A DNA stretch of 64,000 nucleotides from Deltaproteobacteria bacterium (GTDB lineage: Bacteria > SAR324 > NAC60-12), in contig JAYOTF010000004.1 of NCBI GenBank assembly GCA_038150265.1, positions 32,001 to 96,000 on the forward strand, read 5' to 3'. The stretch's first letter is position 1, and each line of letters opens with the position of its first letter. The translations under genes and the position numbers were made by a program. Below, in pieces: positions 1-9,269 of this stretch. Under the pieces are notes generated by a model. That model worked only from the letters and a program-made list of their open reading frames with translations. It did not search any database and was not told where the DNA came from.

Positions 1-328
1 CGTCTGTTCCCTGCGCTTCGAGCTTGTAGTGCTCCTCATGCTGCTGAATCGCCTTCAGGACGGCTCCCTTTGCCTCCATTGCCTGCTGCTCCAGCGTCGC
101 CATCTGATCCGGATCCTGCGCGCCAACGTGTGAGATCAGCAGCAGCAGCGTCCGCTGAGCCTGTTGCTGAATCCGTTCCACCTCAAAAACGGGGGCGGCG
201 TGATCTTCTACCAAACGTTCTGAGATATCAGCGACTCCTTTGGTGTAGTAATACCCCATGCTTCCTAAAATCAGGAAACACACCAACGTAAATGCGGAGG
301 TTAGGTAGAGCTTTGTCCGGACAGTCAT
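1..328 (-). CDS. N-terminal part of a membrane sensor, probably a methyl-accepting chemotaxis protein or kinase with a four-helix-bundle periplasmic domain (runs off the window edge)
   Basis: Not in the ORF track; translated by hand from ATG at 328: MTVRTKLYLTSAFTLVCFLILGSMGYYYTKGVADISERLVEDHAAPVFEVERIQQQAQRTLLLLISH... This is the typical MCP start (basic N-terminus, one TM helix, helical periplasmic domain). GAGG RBS upstream; frame open to the edge. Confidence 0.7.
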   Translation of the reverse strand, partial: MTVRTKLYLTSAFTLVCFLILGSMGYYYTKGVADISERLVEDHAAPVFEVERIQQQAQRTLLLLISHVGAQDPDQMATLEQQAMEAKGAVLKAIQQHEEHYKLEAQGTD

Positions 329-360
329 AGTTCCTCAAGGTAATAAATTATGATGACATT

Positions 361-425
361 AAAAATAATTTATAAAATTATTTTTCGGACATTAAAATTT
401 GATTAGATTCATGAAACCATGAATC
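361..425. promoter_or_regulatory. AT-rich regulatory region with two perfect inverted repeats
   Basis: AAAAATAATTT-ata-AAATTATTTTT (361-385) and GATTCATG-aaac-CATGAATC (406-425), upstream of the sensor gene. Confidence 0.45.
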
Positions 426-482
426 GATGAATTTGGTTCCTACGGTCCGAAACGTTAGGAAACGGAAGCGTCAAACAAGGGT

Positions 483-1472
483 TTAGACCACCGTCAGCAA
501 CACGGTCAACGTGACCACGCTAAAGAGCGTCGAAAAGAGGACCGTTGTGGTCACAAAGCTGGGAATGAGCTGGTACTCCAATGCAATGATTGACACCAGC
601 ACGGCTGCTGGCATCGCTGCCTGCAGAATCCCAGTCGCCCGCTCCAGTCCCACCAACCCAAAAAAGGGGACCACGAGCAGCGCCACCAGTGGTCCTCCCA
701 GCAAGCGGAGTCCAGTTGCCACCCAGACGTTGAAGTCAATCGTGATGTCCCGGACTTCAGAGAGCTGCACCCCCAGCGTCACCAACATCACGGGGACCAT
801 CGCCTGGGCCAGCAGCCCAGTCATGCGCTCCGCAAAGATCGGCACCGGCGTTTCGGTCAGCGTGAATGCCAGGGCCGGTAGCAGAGCCAGCAGCGCCGGG
901 GTCTTGAACACCTCCAGCGTGGCCCGGAGCCCACCACGACGTCCCCAGTTTGCCACACTGACACAAATGATAAAGGACGAGATCATGATGGCGAGAAAAA
1001 AGACCGTCGCCGGGAGGCGTGACTCCACACCAAAGCGGAATTCGATCAGCGACAGGCCGAAGTTGCCGACGTTCCCAAACACGGCAATCATCATGAAGGC
1101 TGCCGTCATCTCCGAAGAGCGCCGGAGCAGCTTTCCACTCAACCACGCCAGCAACGTGACCCCGGCCTGAATCCCCAGGGCGGCGCCCACCATCCGCAGC
1201 AGCGTCCCCGCCTCCACCGCAGAGGTGCTGATGATGTTGAAGACAAAGGACGGAACAAAGAGGAAGTACGCCACCCGGGAAAGGGTCCGGGCTTCCAGCG
1301 CCAGCCGAGGTCCTGCCAGGTAACCGATGAGGACCAGCAGAAAGACCGGGGTCACCACATCCACAAACACCCCCAGCAGGGGGCCCAGGGCGTGTCCGGT
1401 CAGCTGGTTGTAAAGCAGAACCGCTCCCAGGAGGAACCCGAGGAGTCCGAGGTACTGAGCCACCTTTCGCAC
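483..1472 (-). CDS. AEC (auxin efflux carrier) family transporter
   Basis: About 10 TM helices with GNVGNFGL and AAMPAAV motifs. Start moved to GTG 1472 to avoid overlap with the upstream response regulator. Confidence 0.88.
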   Translation of the reverse strand: MRKVAQYLGLLGFLLGAVLLYNQLTGHALGPLLGVFVDVVTPVFLLVLIGYLAGPRLALEARTLSRVAYFLFVPSFVFNIISTSAVEAGTLLRMVGAALGIQAGVTLLAWLSGKLLRRSSEMTAAFMMIAVFGNVGNFGLSLIEFRFGVESRLPATVFFLAIMISSFIICVSVANWGRRGGLRATLEVFKTPALLALLPALAFTLTETPVPIFAERMTGLLAQAMVPVMLVTLGVQLSEVRDITIDFNVWVATGLRLLGGPLVALLVVPFFGLVGLERATGILQAAMPAAVLVSIIALEYQLIPSFVTTTVLFSTLFSVVTLTVLLTVV

Positions 1473-1479
1473 ATCGGCC

Positions 1480-1842
1480 TCAGACCAGGCGTTTGACCGT
1501 GTCCAGCAGCTGCTGACTCTGAAAAGGCTTCTCCAGGGTCGCATCCACGCCCAGGTCCTCGGTCATGCGCAGGTAGTCGACCCCATTGATGTTGCCGCCT
1601 CCGGAGATGGCAATGATCTTCACCGCCTGACTCTTCTGCCGGATCCCGACGATCACACTGATGCCATCCTGCTGCGGCATGATCAGGTCGGTGATGATCA
1701 CGTCAAAGGAGTGCCTGGAGAAGAGGGTCATGCCCTCCCGTCCGTCTTGAGCCGAAGTCACCTGGTGCCCGTGCAGTTCCAGCATCTCGGCAATGGTTTC
1801 ACGGAACTCGGGGTGATCTTCAATGAGGAGAATCTTTGCCAT
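1480..1842 (-). CDS. Single-domain response regulator (REC)
   Basis: MAKILLIEDH...DVIITDLIMP..DG...IIAISGG...LEKPF. Confidence 0.92.
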   Translation of the reverse strand: MAKILLIEDHPEFRETIAEMLELHGHQVTSAQDGREGMTLFSRHSFDVIITDLIMPQQDGISVIVGIRQKSQAVKIIAISGGGNINGVDYLRMTEDLGVDATLEKPFQSQQLLDTVKRLV

Positions 1843-1861
1843 GAAGGGGTACCAAGGCCTT

Positions 1862-3163
1862 TTAAGAAAGGGTGTGTTGCAGGGCCTGATCGAGGTCACT
1901 GATGAGGTCGTCAACCCGTTCCAGTCCCACAGACAGACGGATGACTTCGGCGCCAGCGCCGGCAGCGGCACGCTGCTCATCCGTCAGCTGCCGGTGCGTG
2001 GTGGAGGCGGGGTGGATGATCAGGGAGCGGGTGTCTCCAATGTTGGCAACATGGCTGAGCAGCTCCACTGATTCGACCAACTGGACTCCGGCGTCAAAGC
2101 CGCCCTTGAGACCAAAGGTAAACACAGACCCCGCCCCGTGCGGGAGGTAGGTTTGGGCCAGGGAGTAGAAGGCGTTTTCGGGAAGCCCCGCGTAGGAGAC
2201 CCAGTCCACGGCCGGGTGCGTCTCCAGGAATTCCGCCACCTTCTGAGCATTCTCACAGTGCCGCTCCATGCGCAGCGCCAGCGTCTCAATGCCATTCAGC
2301 GTCAGCCAGGCATGAAACGGCGACAGCGTTGCCCCCAGGTCCCGGAGGCTCACCGCATGGCTGTACAGGGTGAACGCCAGGTCGTTTCCAAAGGTTTCGG
2401 CAAAGGTGATGCCGCTGTATTCGGAGGCGGGTGTGCTGAGGCTCGGAAACTTCGGGTTGTTGAGCCACGGAAAGGTGCCGGCGTCCACCACCACGCCTCC
2501 CACGGCATTGCCCTGCCCGGAGAGGAACTTGGTGGTGGAGTGGGTCACCAGGTCAGCGCCCCACTCAATGGGACGGCAAAGGGCAGGAGTCGCCATCGTG
2601 TTGTCCACAATCAGCGGCACCCCCGCTTCCTGAGCCACCTTCGCAATGGCTTCCAGGTCCATCACCACGCCTCCCGGATTCGCCAGGCTCTCAATGAAGA
2701 TCGCCCTCGTCTTTTCCGTGACCGCGCGGCGGAAGGCCTCCGGGTCGGTGGCTTCGACAAACACCGCCTGCCAGTCGAACTTCTGGAAGCTCTTTCCCAT
2801 CAGGTTGATGCTGCCGCCGTAGAGCTTGTTGGCCACAATCACCTCCATGCCTGGCGACATGAGGGCAAACAGGGCCAGCACCTCGGCGGCGTGTCCGGAC
2901 GCCGTACAGGTGGCGCCCCGGCCTCCTTCCAGAGTCGCCAGGCGCTCTTCCAAAGCGGCAACGGTTGGATTCGTCAGACGCGAGTAGATGAACCCGGGAG
3001 ACTGCAAATTGAAGAGCGACGCGGCATGATCGGCATCTTCAAAAACATAGGACGTCGTCTGATAGATCGGAAACGAACGGGCGCCGGTAACCGGGTCCGG
3101 AGGCGTTCCGGCATGGATGGCCAGGGTTTCAAAACCATACTGCGGGTGAAGGGGCTGCTTCAT
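1862..3163 (-). CDS. metY: O-acetylhomoserine aminocarboxypropyltransferase (sulfhydrylase)
   Basis: FETLAIHAG, PIYQTTSY, YSRLTNPT, PLP-lysine motif HSTTKFL, ANIGDTRSLIIHPASTTH. Confidence 0.93.
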   Translation of the reverse strand: MKQPLHPQYGFETLAIHAGTPPDPVTGARSFPIYQTTSYVFEDADHAASLFNLQSPGFIYSRLTNPTVAALEERLATLEGGRGATCTASGHAAEVLALFALMSPGMEVIVANKLYGGSINLMGKSFQKFDWQAVFVEATDPEAFRRAVTEKTRAIFIESLANPGGVVMDLEAIAKVAQEAGVPLIVDNTMATPALCRPIEWGADLVTHSTTKFLSGQGNAVGGVVVDAGTFPWLNNPKFPSLSTPASEYSGITFAETFGNDLAFTLYSHAVSLRDLGATLSPFHAWLTLNGIETLALRMERHCENAQKVAEFLETHPAVDWVSYAGLPENAFYSLAQTYLPHGAGSVFTFGLKGGFDAGVQLVESVELLSHVANIGDTRSLIIHPASTTHRQLTDEQRAAAGAGAEVIRLSVGLERVDDLISDLDQALQHTLS

Positions 3164-3636
3164 GCTCGTCTCCTGCGACTGGAAATCACTCCGGTGTTGA
3201 TGCCCTGCCAGCCCAGCTCCCCCCAGAGGCGCGAGTACTCGATCTTCGGGCAGCGGTTCATGACGACGGTCAGACCACCCGCCTCGGCAATCTCTCGAGC
3301 CTCTTCACTGACCACACCAATCTGGAGCCACAGCACCTTGGCGCCACAGCGGACGGCTTCCCGGGCAATTGCAGGGGCCTCCTCACTGCGCCGGAACACC
3401 TCCACCATGTCCACGGGCCCCACCTCGGCCAGCTCGGCCCGGACGGTTTCTCCGAGCAGCACCTGTCCGGCGGCTCCCGGATTGACGGGCAGCATGCGGT
3501 ATCCCTTCTGGGCGAGGTACTTCATCACAAAGAAGCTGGGTCGCTTCCAGTTGGTGGAGGCTCCGACCACCGCAATGCTCCGGACGTCGCGCAAGATGGT
3601 ACGGATCTCTCGATCGCTTAAGGCAGGTGGTGTCAC
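3160..3636 (-). CDS. CoA-binding protein (YccU-like)
   Basis: IAVVGAS..WKRPS, VDMVEVFR, LWLQIGV, VVMNRCPKIE. Confidence 0.92.
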   Translation of the reverse strand: MTPPALSDREIRTILRDVRSIAVVGASTNWKRPSFFVMKYLAQKGYRMLPVNPGAAGQVLLGETVRAELAEVGPVDMVEVFRRSEEAPAIAREAVRCGAKVLWLQIGVVSEEAREIAEAGGLTVVMNRCPKIEYSRLWGELGWQGINTGVISSRRRRA

Positions 3637-3926
3637 TCTTTTACTTCAGGATAGATGACCTTGGGGTACACCTCACGGCGCGGGATGAATTCGAGGGTCT
3701 TCCCCTCCTCACCATACCGGTAATACGGAATCAGCGAGGAGTGCTCCCGGTTCGGCAGGGTCCGGTGCGCTTCTTCAAGCCGGAGGGCGGCTTCCTGAGT
3801 GGGCGAGAGGGGCGGCGGCGGTTCTGACGAGGCGCACCCCAGCAGAGCCAGCCCAGCCAACGCCCCCCACATCCGGGACTTGAGCATAAGCATCCAAAAG
3901 CGGAGAAGGCAGTTCAAACGGTGCAA
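3633..3926 (-). CDS. Small hypothetical lipoprotein (true start probably downstream, near 3893 or 3872)
   Basis: Lipobox LALLGC; stop overlaps the start of the next gene. Confidence 0.6.
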   Translation of the reverse strand: MHRLNCLLRFWMLMLKSRMWGALAGLALLGCASSEPPPPLSPTQEAALRLEEAHRTLPNREHSSLIPYYRYGEEGKTLEFIPRREVYPKVIYPEVKE

Positions 3927-3950
3927 GTATCAAAAAGCTCAGGGAAAAGC

Positions 3951-4667
3951 TCAAGTGGTTATCGGACGGTAGGCCACATGAACCGTGGAGGCGCCAAACA
4001 CGAAATCCTCAATCAAGACATTGCAAAAACCGGATTCCAGCAAAATCCGCCGCAGCGTCTCCTGATCCGGATAGGCCCGAGACGATTCAGGCAGGTACGT
4101 GAACATCTCCTGCCCAGGCATCAGCAGCTCCCCAATCTTCGGGACCACCTTGAAGAAGAAGAACCGGCTCAGGGCATCCACCACTGGCATCCGGACCTTT
4201 CCGACATCGAGGCTGACCAGGGTGCCGCCTGGCTTGAGAACCCGGTGGACCTCGGCCAGCGCGCCCTGGAGGTCGGGCACATTCCGGAGCCCATACCCCA
4301 CCGTGACGGCATCAAAGTGTGCGTCTGGAAACGGCAAGGCCATGGCATCGCCCCGGACGTAGGTGATTCCGGAGGCGGTTCGCTGCTCAGCGAGATCCAG
4401 CATCTCCTTCGCAAAGTCGAGCCCGATGATCTCGGCGCCGGGGTGCTGACGCTGGACGGCTCGGGCAATGTCCCCTGTTCCGCAACACAGGTCCAGGCAG
4501 CGCTCTCCGTCTCGCAGCCCCACCTGCCGGGCCACAAACCGCTTCCAGTAGCGGTGCAGGCCAAAGGTGATCAGGTCATTGAACCGGTCATACTGCTGGG
4601 CGATTTCGTCAAACTTCCGTTCAACGTATGCCGATTTTTCCGTGGCATCAGGGAGGCGGTAGTTCAT
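3951..4667 (-). CDS. ubiE: Ubiquinone/menaquinone biosynthesis C-methyltransferase (UbiE/MenG)
   Basis: FDEIAQQYDRFNDLITFGLHRYWK, LDLCCGTGD, GYGLRNV, RVLKPGG, YLPES. Confidence 0.9.
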   Translation of the reverse strand: MNYRLPDATEKSAYVERKFDEIAQQYDRFNDLITFGLHRYWKRFVARQVGLRDGERCLDLCCGTGDIARAVQRQHPGAEIIGLDFAKEMLDLAEQRTASGITYVRGDAMALPFPDAHFDAVTVGYGLRNVPDLQGALAEVHRVLKPGGTLVSLDVGKVRMPVVDALSRFFFFKVVPKIGELLMPGQEMFTYLPESSRAYPDQETLRRILLESGFCNVLIEDFVFGASTVHVAYRPITT

Positions 4668-4817
4668 GAGACTCAGGGAGAGAGAAAGGCGGCAACCTCG
4701 CTTCCGGGAGGCGTCCATCCCGGAATGGGACGGCTTTTCAGGGTACGGGAGCCTCTGGGAAGCCTAAAGTTTTTTCCACTGCGTCTTCGGTGCGAAACGC
4801 CTCGGTTTTCTGAACTC

Positions 4818-4833
4818 ATTGAAATCGTTCAAT
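4818..4833. promoter_or_regulatory. Fnr/Crp-family-like palindrome upstream of the multiheme cytochrome
   Basis: ATTGAA-ATCG-TTCAAT, close to the TTGAT-N4-ATCAA Fnr box. Confidence 0.4.
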
Positions 4834-5021
4834 CAAGCGTCCGGATTTTCCGGAATCGTCTGGTGAATGGGGGATTTCTCTGGGGAGAAGTTTGGGTTGC
4901 GGTTTCCACCAAGCCTTGTTAGCTTATCGCAGTTTTTGTGTGCTCACTAAGAGCGTCACCAGGCAGATGTGTCTGGCCCCCTGACTCCCAACCCTGACTG
5001 TCCATCACCATGGAAATCACA

Positions 5022-6956
5022 ATGAAACGTTTGCTGGTCGCGAGCTTACTGCTTGTAGCGGGTTCCTGGATCGCTCCAACGGTATTTGCTGCAGGAGACA
5101 TCCAGCGGGGATCCGTGCTTTATTACAACTGTGTGAACTGCCACGGAAAAAACGGGGAAGGCAAGGAACTTTCCTCCGCTCCCGCCATTGCTGGTCAGCA
5201 CAGCTGGTACCTCCTCCGGCAACTGCAGAACTTCAAGAGTGGAGTCCGAGGCACCCATGCCGATGATGTGACCGGACAGCAGATGAAGGCCTTTGCACTG
5301 ACGCTGGCCACTCCGGCTGAAATGGAGAGCGTGGTGGCCTACATCGGCACCCTCAAGCCTCAGCCCCTGCCCGCCACGGTTCCGGGGGATCCGGTTGCCG
5401 GAAAGACCGCTTACGGCACCTGCATGGCTTGCCACGGCGCTCAGGGTGAGGGCAATCAGGCGCTCAATGCGCCCAAGCTGGCCGGACTTCCGGACTGGTA
5501 CATCGTGACCCAGCTCAACAGCTTCCAGAAGGGGTACCGCGGAGTTCACAAGAAAGACACCTACGGGCAGCAGATGCGTCCCATGTCTCTGGCCCTCACG
5601 CCTCAGAGCATGAACGACATTGCCGCCTACGTGGCGACCATGAGCGGACTCACGCCACCGAAGCCGACCGCTGAAGAGCTGATGGCGGCCACCCCAGCGC
5701 CGGCCGCTGAAGCCGCGGCTCCGGCCCCGATGACCGCTCTGACCACGGGACAGGTCACCGGGCAGTACGTTCCTTACGACAACCCGCTGGAAGCCGATGC
5801 CAGCTTTGCCGTCTGTGCCTCCTGCCACGGCAACAACGCCCAGGGCAATGAGCGCCTCAATGCTCCCCGCCTGGCAGGTCAGCATGACTGGTACCTTGCT
5901 CGCCAGTTGCAGAACTGGAAAGACGGCATCCGGGGCACGCACCCGACCGACCTCTATGGCATGCAGATGCGTCCGCTTGCCATAGCGCTCACTGACGCGG
6001 AAGTCCAAAGCCTGGCCACCCAGGCGGCCAACTATCAGGCTCCTTACCCACGTACCACCCTTGCTGGTGACATGAACGCCGGACGCGCCGCCTATGGCGT
6101 GTGTGCCTCCTGCCACGGCCCGGATGGAGCCGGAAACCAGGCCCTCAACGCCCCCAAGCTGGCCGGACTTCCGGACTGGTATGTGGCTCGGCAGCTGTCC
6201 CACTTCCGAGATGGTGCTCGGGGTCGAAACCCGAAGGACACCTACGGCCAGCAAATGGCGCCCATGGCAGCCGGACTGAGCGACCAGGGCATTGTTGACC
6301 TCGCGACCTACATCGCCACTCTGCGCGAAGGTGAAATCGACACCACCCCAGTGGTGGCTGCGGCTCCGGCCGCAACGGGAACCGACACGGCAGCGGCGGC
6401 CACCGCCTCTGCTTCCAACGGGCAAGCCCTCTATGGCACCTGTGCAGGCTGTCACGGTCCAGATGGAGCCGGCAACCAGGCCCTCAATGCCCCTCACCTC
6501 GCTGGACAGGCACCGTGGTACATTGCTCGCCAGCTGGCCAACTTCAAGGCGGGCATCCGGGGGGGACATGCCGATGACATGTACGGCAAGCAAATGGCCC
6601 CCATGGCCATGGCCCTCAGTGACGCCGACATGCAGGCCCTCGGCGAGTACGTCAGTGGCCTCACCGGAGCCCCGCTCCCGGCAACCCTGGATGGCGACGC
6701 GGCTGCGGGGCAAGGCGCCTATGCCACCTGTGCAGGCTGTCACGGTGCCGATGGCGCTGGAAACCAGGCCCTCAATGCCCCCAAGCTCGCAGGTCTGCCT
6801 GACTGGTACATCGTCCGGCAGCTGGCCAACTTCAAGGGCGGCATCCGCGGAAGCCACCCGGATGACATGTACGGCAAGCAAATGGCCCCCATGTCAATGG
6901 CTCTTGACGAAGCCGGCATGAAGAACATTGCGGCTTACATCCTGACCCTTCAGTAA
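5022..6956 (+). CDS. Periplasmic hexaheme c-type cytochrome made of three tandem cytochrome c4-like diheme units
   Basis: Signal peptide; six CxxCH motifs (CVNCH, CMACH, CASCH, CASCH, CAGCH, CAGCH), each followed by PxxAG..WY..QL..G.RG..D..G.QM; Ala/Pro-rich linkers between pairs. Confidence 0.92.
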   Translation: MKRLLVASLLLVAGSWIAPTVFAAGDIQRGSVLYYNCVNCHGKNGEGKELSSAPAIAGQHSWYLLRQLQNFKSGVRGTHADDVTGQQMKAFALTLATPAEMESVVAYIGTLKPQPLPATVPGDPVAGKTAYGTCMACHGAQGEGNQALNAPKLAGLPDWYIVTQLNSFQKGYRGVHKKDTYGQQMRPMSLALTPQSMNDIAAYVATMSGLTPPKPTAEELMAATPAPAAEAAAPAPMTALTTGQVTGQYVPYDNPLEADASFAVCASCHGNNAQGNERLNAPRLAGQHDWYLARQLQNWKDGIRGTHPTDLYGMQMRPLAIALTDAEVQSLATQAANYQAPYPRTTLAGDMNAGRAAYGVCASCHGPDGAGNQALNAPKLAGLPDWYVARQLSHFRDGARGRNPKDTYGQQMAPMAAGLSDQGIVDLATYIATLREGEIDTTPVVAAAPAATGTDTAAAATASASNGQALYGTCAGCHGPDGAGNQALNAPHLAGQAPWYIARQLANFKAGIRGGHADDMYGKQMAPMAMALSDADMQALGEYVSGLTGAPLPATLDGDAAAGQGAYATCAGCHGADGAGNQALNAPKLAGLPDWYIVRQLANFKGGIRGSHPDDMYGKQMAPMSMALDEAGMKNIAAYILTLQ

Positions 6957-6958
6957 GT

Positions 6959-6984
6959 AAAAGGGGGCCCTGCGCCCCCTTTTT
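6959..6984 (+). terminator. Rho-independent terminator
   Basis: AAAAGGGGGC-cctgc-GCCCCCTTTTT directly after the cytochrome stop codon. Confidence 0.85.
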
Positions 6985-7012
6985 CCTCTCCCCGCAGTCA
7001 TTCCTTTCCGCC

Positions 7013-7735
7013 ATGATGACGGTCTTGCTCGTCGAAGACGACGATGTCCTCCGCGATTCCTTGACCTCGGCGATCCGCTCTCTGGGCCATGAGCCCCAGC
7101 CCTACGACCGCGCCATCCCTGCGCTCGCGGCCATGCTGCAAGACGCCTTTGACGTCATTGTCACCGACCTCAAGCTTCCCGATCTCGACGGCATTGAGAT
7201 GATCCGCCAGGCCCGTGCAGAAGGCGTGGTCAGCCCCTTCATCATCATTACCGGACACGCCAGCCTCGACGTGGCCCTTGACTCCATTGACCTCGGCGTC
7301 AAGGCTTTCCTCCGCAAGCCCTTCACCCTCACCGAGCTGGAAAACGCCTTTGAGAAAATCAGTGGGGCGGCTGAAGCCGAGGAGCTTTCCGATGACGAGG
7401 CTGCGGCCCTGGCCGATTCCGAGCTCACCCAGCTTCAGCAGCAAATCGTGGTGGTCGCCCAGCTGAGCCTCACCTACTGGGAACGCCACCTTCTGAAAAC
7501 GAAGGTGCAGCTTGCCTCCGAAAGCGGACTCTGGTCGGTGTACATGGACCGCAGCACCGAACGCACCCGCACGCTCGACCGCTACCTGCAACTCGACCGC
7601 GTTCCCCTCCACCCCAAGCCCTATCGGGTCATCCGGACCGCCCAGTTTGTTCTGAGTAAGCTTCCCAGCGAGGCCAATACGCTGGAGCTGGAGACCGAGC
7701 TGTTCAAGCTCAAGCGCCTCGCTCGCATGAGGTAG
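7013..7735 (+). CDS. Response regulator with an uncharacterised C-terminal output domain
   Basis: REC motifs LLVEDD, TDLKLP, ITGH, RKPF. C-terminal LASESGLWSVYMDRSTERTRTLDRYL region matches no standard output domain I recognise. Confidence 0.85.
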   Translation: MMTVLLVEDDDVLRDSLTSAIRSLGHEPQPYDRAIPALAAMLQDAFDVIVTDLKLPDLDGIEMIRQARAEGVVSPFIIITGHASLDVALDSIDLGVKAFLRKPFTLTELENAFEKISGAAEAEELSDDEAAALADSELTQLQQQIVVVAQLSLTYWERHLLKTKVQLASESGLWSVYMDRSTERTRTLDRYLQLDRVPLHPKPYRVIRTAQFVLSKLPSEANTLELETELFKLKRLARMR

Positions 7736-7831
7736 CTCGCCTCAAGCAGCAATCCACTTGCACCTGCCTGCAGTCTTTCCGAGACTGGTGTGTTACCGCT
7801 TACTTGCTCAACACACCACAAATCGGCCTTC

Positions 7832-8953
7832 ATGCTTGTTATCCTCCATCCCAACACGGATGAATCCTCAGAAGCCTACACCCAGACCTGGGAATACCTG
7901 CAGGCCCTCCCTGACATTCAACTTCGCCTGAACCAGGTCCAGGGGCAAGGACAGCGCCTCACGGAAATCTACCTCATTGGCAACACCCGTGCGCTCTCCC
8001 TGGAGTCTGTGGAAGCCCTCCCGGCAGTGGAGCGAGTGGTCCGGATTTCCCACGAGTTCCGCATCCTGGGACGCCATGCCTCCGGAACGCCGTCCCTTGA
8101 TTTTGAATACAACGGCGTCCGCTTCAGCCAAGACACCCTCAACCTGTTCCCCGGCCTGTGCGCCGTCGACAACCCGAAAAACGTCGAGCGCATGATGCAG
8201 GCCCTCCAGGCCCATGGCCTGACCTGCACCCGCATGGGCGCCTACAAGCCCCGAACCAGCCCCTACGCCTTTCAGGGACATGGCAAGGACTGCCTGCCCT
8301 ACGTTTTTGAGCTGGCTGGAAAATACGGCATCAAGGTCATTGCCATGGAAGTCACACACGACAGCCATGTGGAAGAGATTGACGAGGTCCTGGAAAAGCT
8401 CGGACGCCCCACGGGCGTGATGCTCCAGATCGGTACCCGCAACACCCAGAACTTCGAGTTGCTCAAGGTCATCGGCCGGCAGCAGACCTACCCCGTGCTG
8501 CTCAAGCGAGGCTTTGGCATCTCTCTGAACGAGTCCCTCAACGCCGCGGAGTACCTGGCCAGCGAGGGCAACAGCAACATCATCTTCTGCCTCCGTGGCA
8601 TGAAGACCGGGTTTGGCGCGCCCCACCGCAACATGGTGGACTTCCCACACGTCCCGGTTGTTCGCCGACAGACCCGGATGCCCGTCTGCATCGACCCCTC
8701 TCACTCGGTTGGAACCCGTGAGGAAGGCCCGGAAGGCATCATGGACGTCCTCCATGCCATGGCTCAGGGCATCATTGCAGGAGCCAACATGGTCCTGATC
8801 GACTTCCACCCAGAGCCCACCGAGGCCCTTGTGGACGGTCCCCAGGCGCTGCGCCTTGAGGAACTCCCGCTGTTTCTGGAAGACGTCCGGATCGCACGCG
8901 AGGCCTTCCTGAAGCGTCAGGAGCTTTATCAGAATCACCCCACAGCCCCCTAA
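7832..8953 (+). CDS. aroF: 3-deoxy-7-phosphoheptulonate (DAHP) synthase, type I-beta with N-terminal extension
   Basis: GLCAVD, GAYKPRTSPYAFQG, QIGTRNTQNFELL, VLLKRG, IDPSHS, DGPQAL. Confidence 0.9.
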   Translation: MLVILHPNTDESSEAYTQTWEYLQALPDIQLRLNQVQGQGQRLTEIYLIGNTRALSLESVEALPAVERVVRISHEFRILGRHASGTPSLDFEYNGVRFSQDTLNLFPGLCAVDNPKNVERMMQALQAHGLTCTRMGAYKPRTSPYAFQGHGKDCLPYVFELAGKYGIKVIAMEVTHDSHVEEIDEVLEKLGRPTGVMLQIGTRNTQNFELLKVIGRQQTYPVLLKRGFGISLNESLNAAEYLASEGNSNIIFCLRGMKTGFGAPHRNMVDFPHVPVVRRQTRMPVCIDPSHSVGTREEGPEGIMDVLHAMAQGIIAGANMVLIDFHPEPTEALVDGPQALRLEELPLFLEDVRIAREAFLKRQELYQNHPTAP

Positions 8954-8958
8954 CGCCC

Positions 8959-9156
8959 ATGCCGCTCTACGACTACCACTGTGAGAACTGCCGAACCGAC
9001 TTCACCGAGCTGCGGAAGTCTTCGGAAATGGATCAACCCATCGCCTGTCCCGAATGCGGCTCCGCACACACCCACCGCGAACTCAGTGGCTTCGCGGTCG
9101 CCGGTGGAAGCGCCAAGGGCGGCTGCTCCGGAGGCGGCAACAGCCCCTTCCGCTGA
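8959..9156 (+). CDS. FmdB family zinc-ribbon protein
   Basis: MPLYDYHCENC...CPECGS, glycine-rich tail. Confidence 0.88.
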   Translation: MPLYDYHCENCRTDFTELRKSSEMDQPIACPECGSAHTHRELSGFAVAGGSAKGGCSGGGNSPFR

Positions 9157-9269
9157 GCGTCCTGACGCCACCAGGATGGTCATCCTGGACCCACCCCGAG
9201 TTCCCGGCATTCCGTGAGGAGCCCTGCTCCTCCGGAACTTCTCCTCAAACCCCCTTGTGAGGCCCCTGC

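Noticed and set aside
70..291. 73 aa plus-strand ORF
   Set aside because: It is antisense to the sensor gene N-terminus at 1-328.
329..420. Sigma28 promoter for the chemoreceptor-like gene
   Set aside because: A TCCGAAAA -10-like word is present, but no TAAA -35 at the required spacing.
5046..6881. 611 aa minus-strand ORF and similar long antisense ORFs (2138-3658, 18322-19992, 22180-23850, 26724-28619, 54940-56547, 62262-63830)
   Set aside because: Each mirrors a well-supported gene on the opposite strand and has no recognisable domain.
6100..6900. Near-identical direct DNA repeats that could suggest a CRISPR array
   Set aside because: They are in-frame coding repeats of cytochrome domains spaced about 300 bp apart, with no spacers or cas genes.
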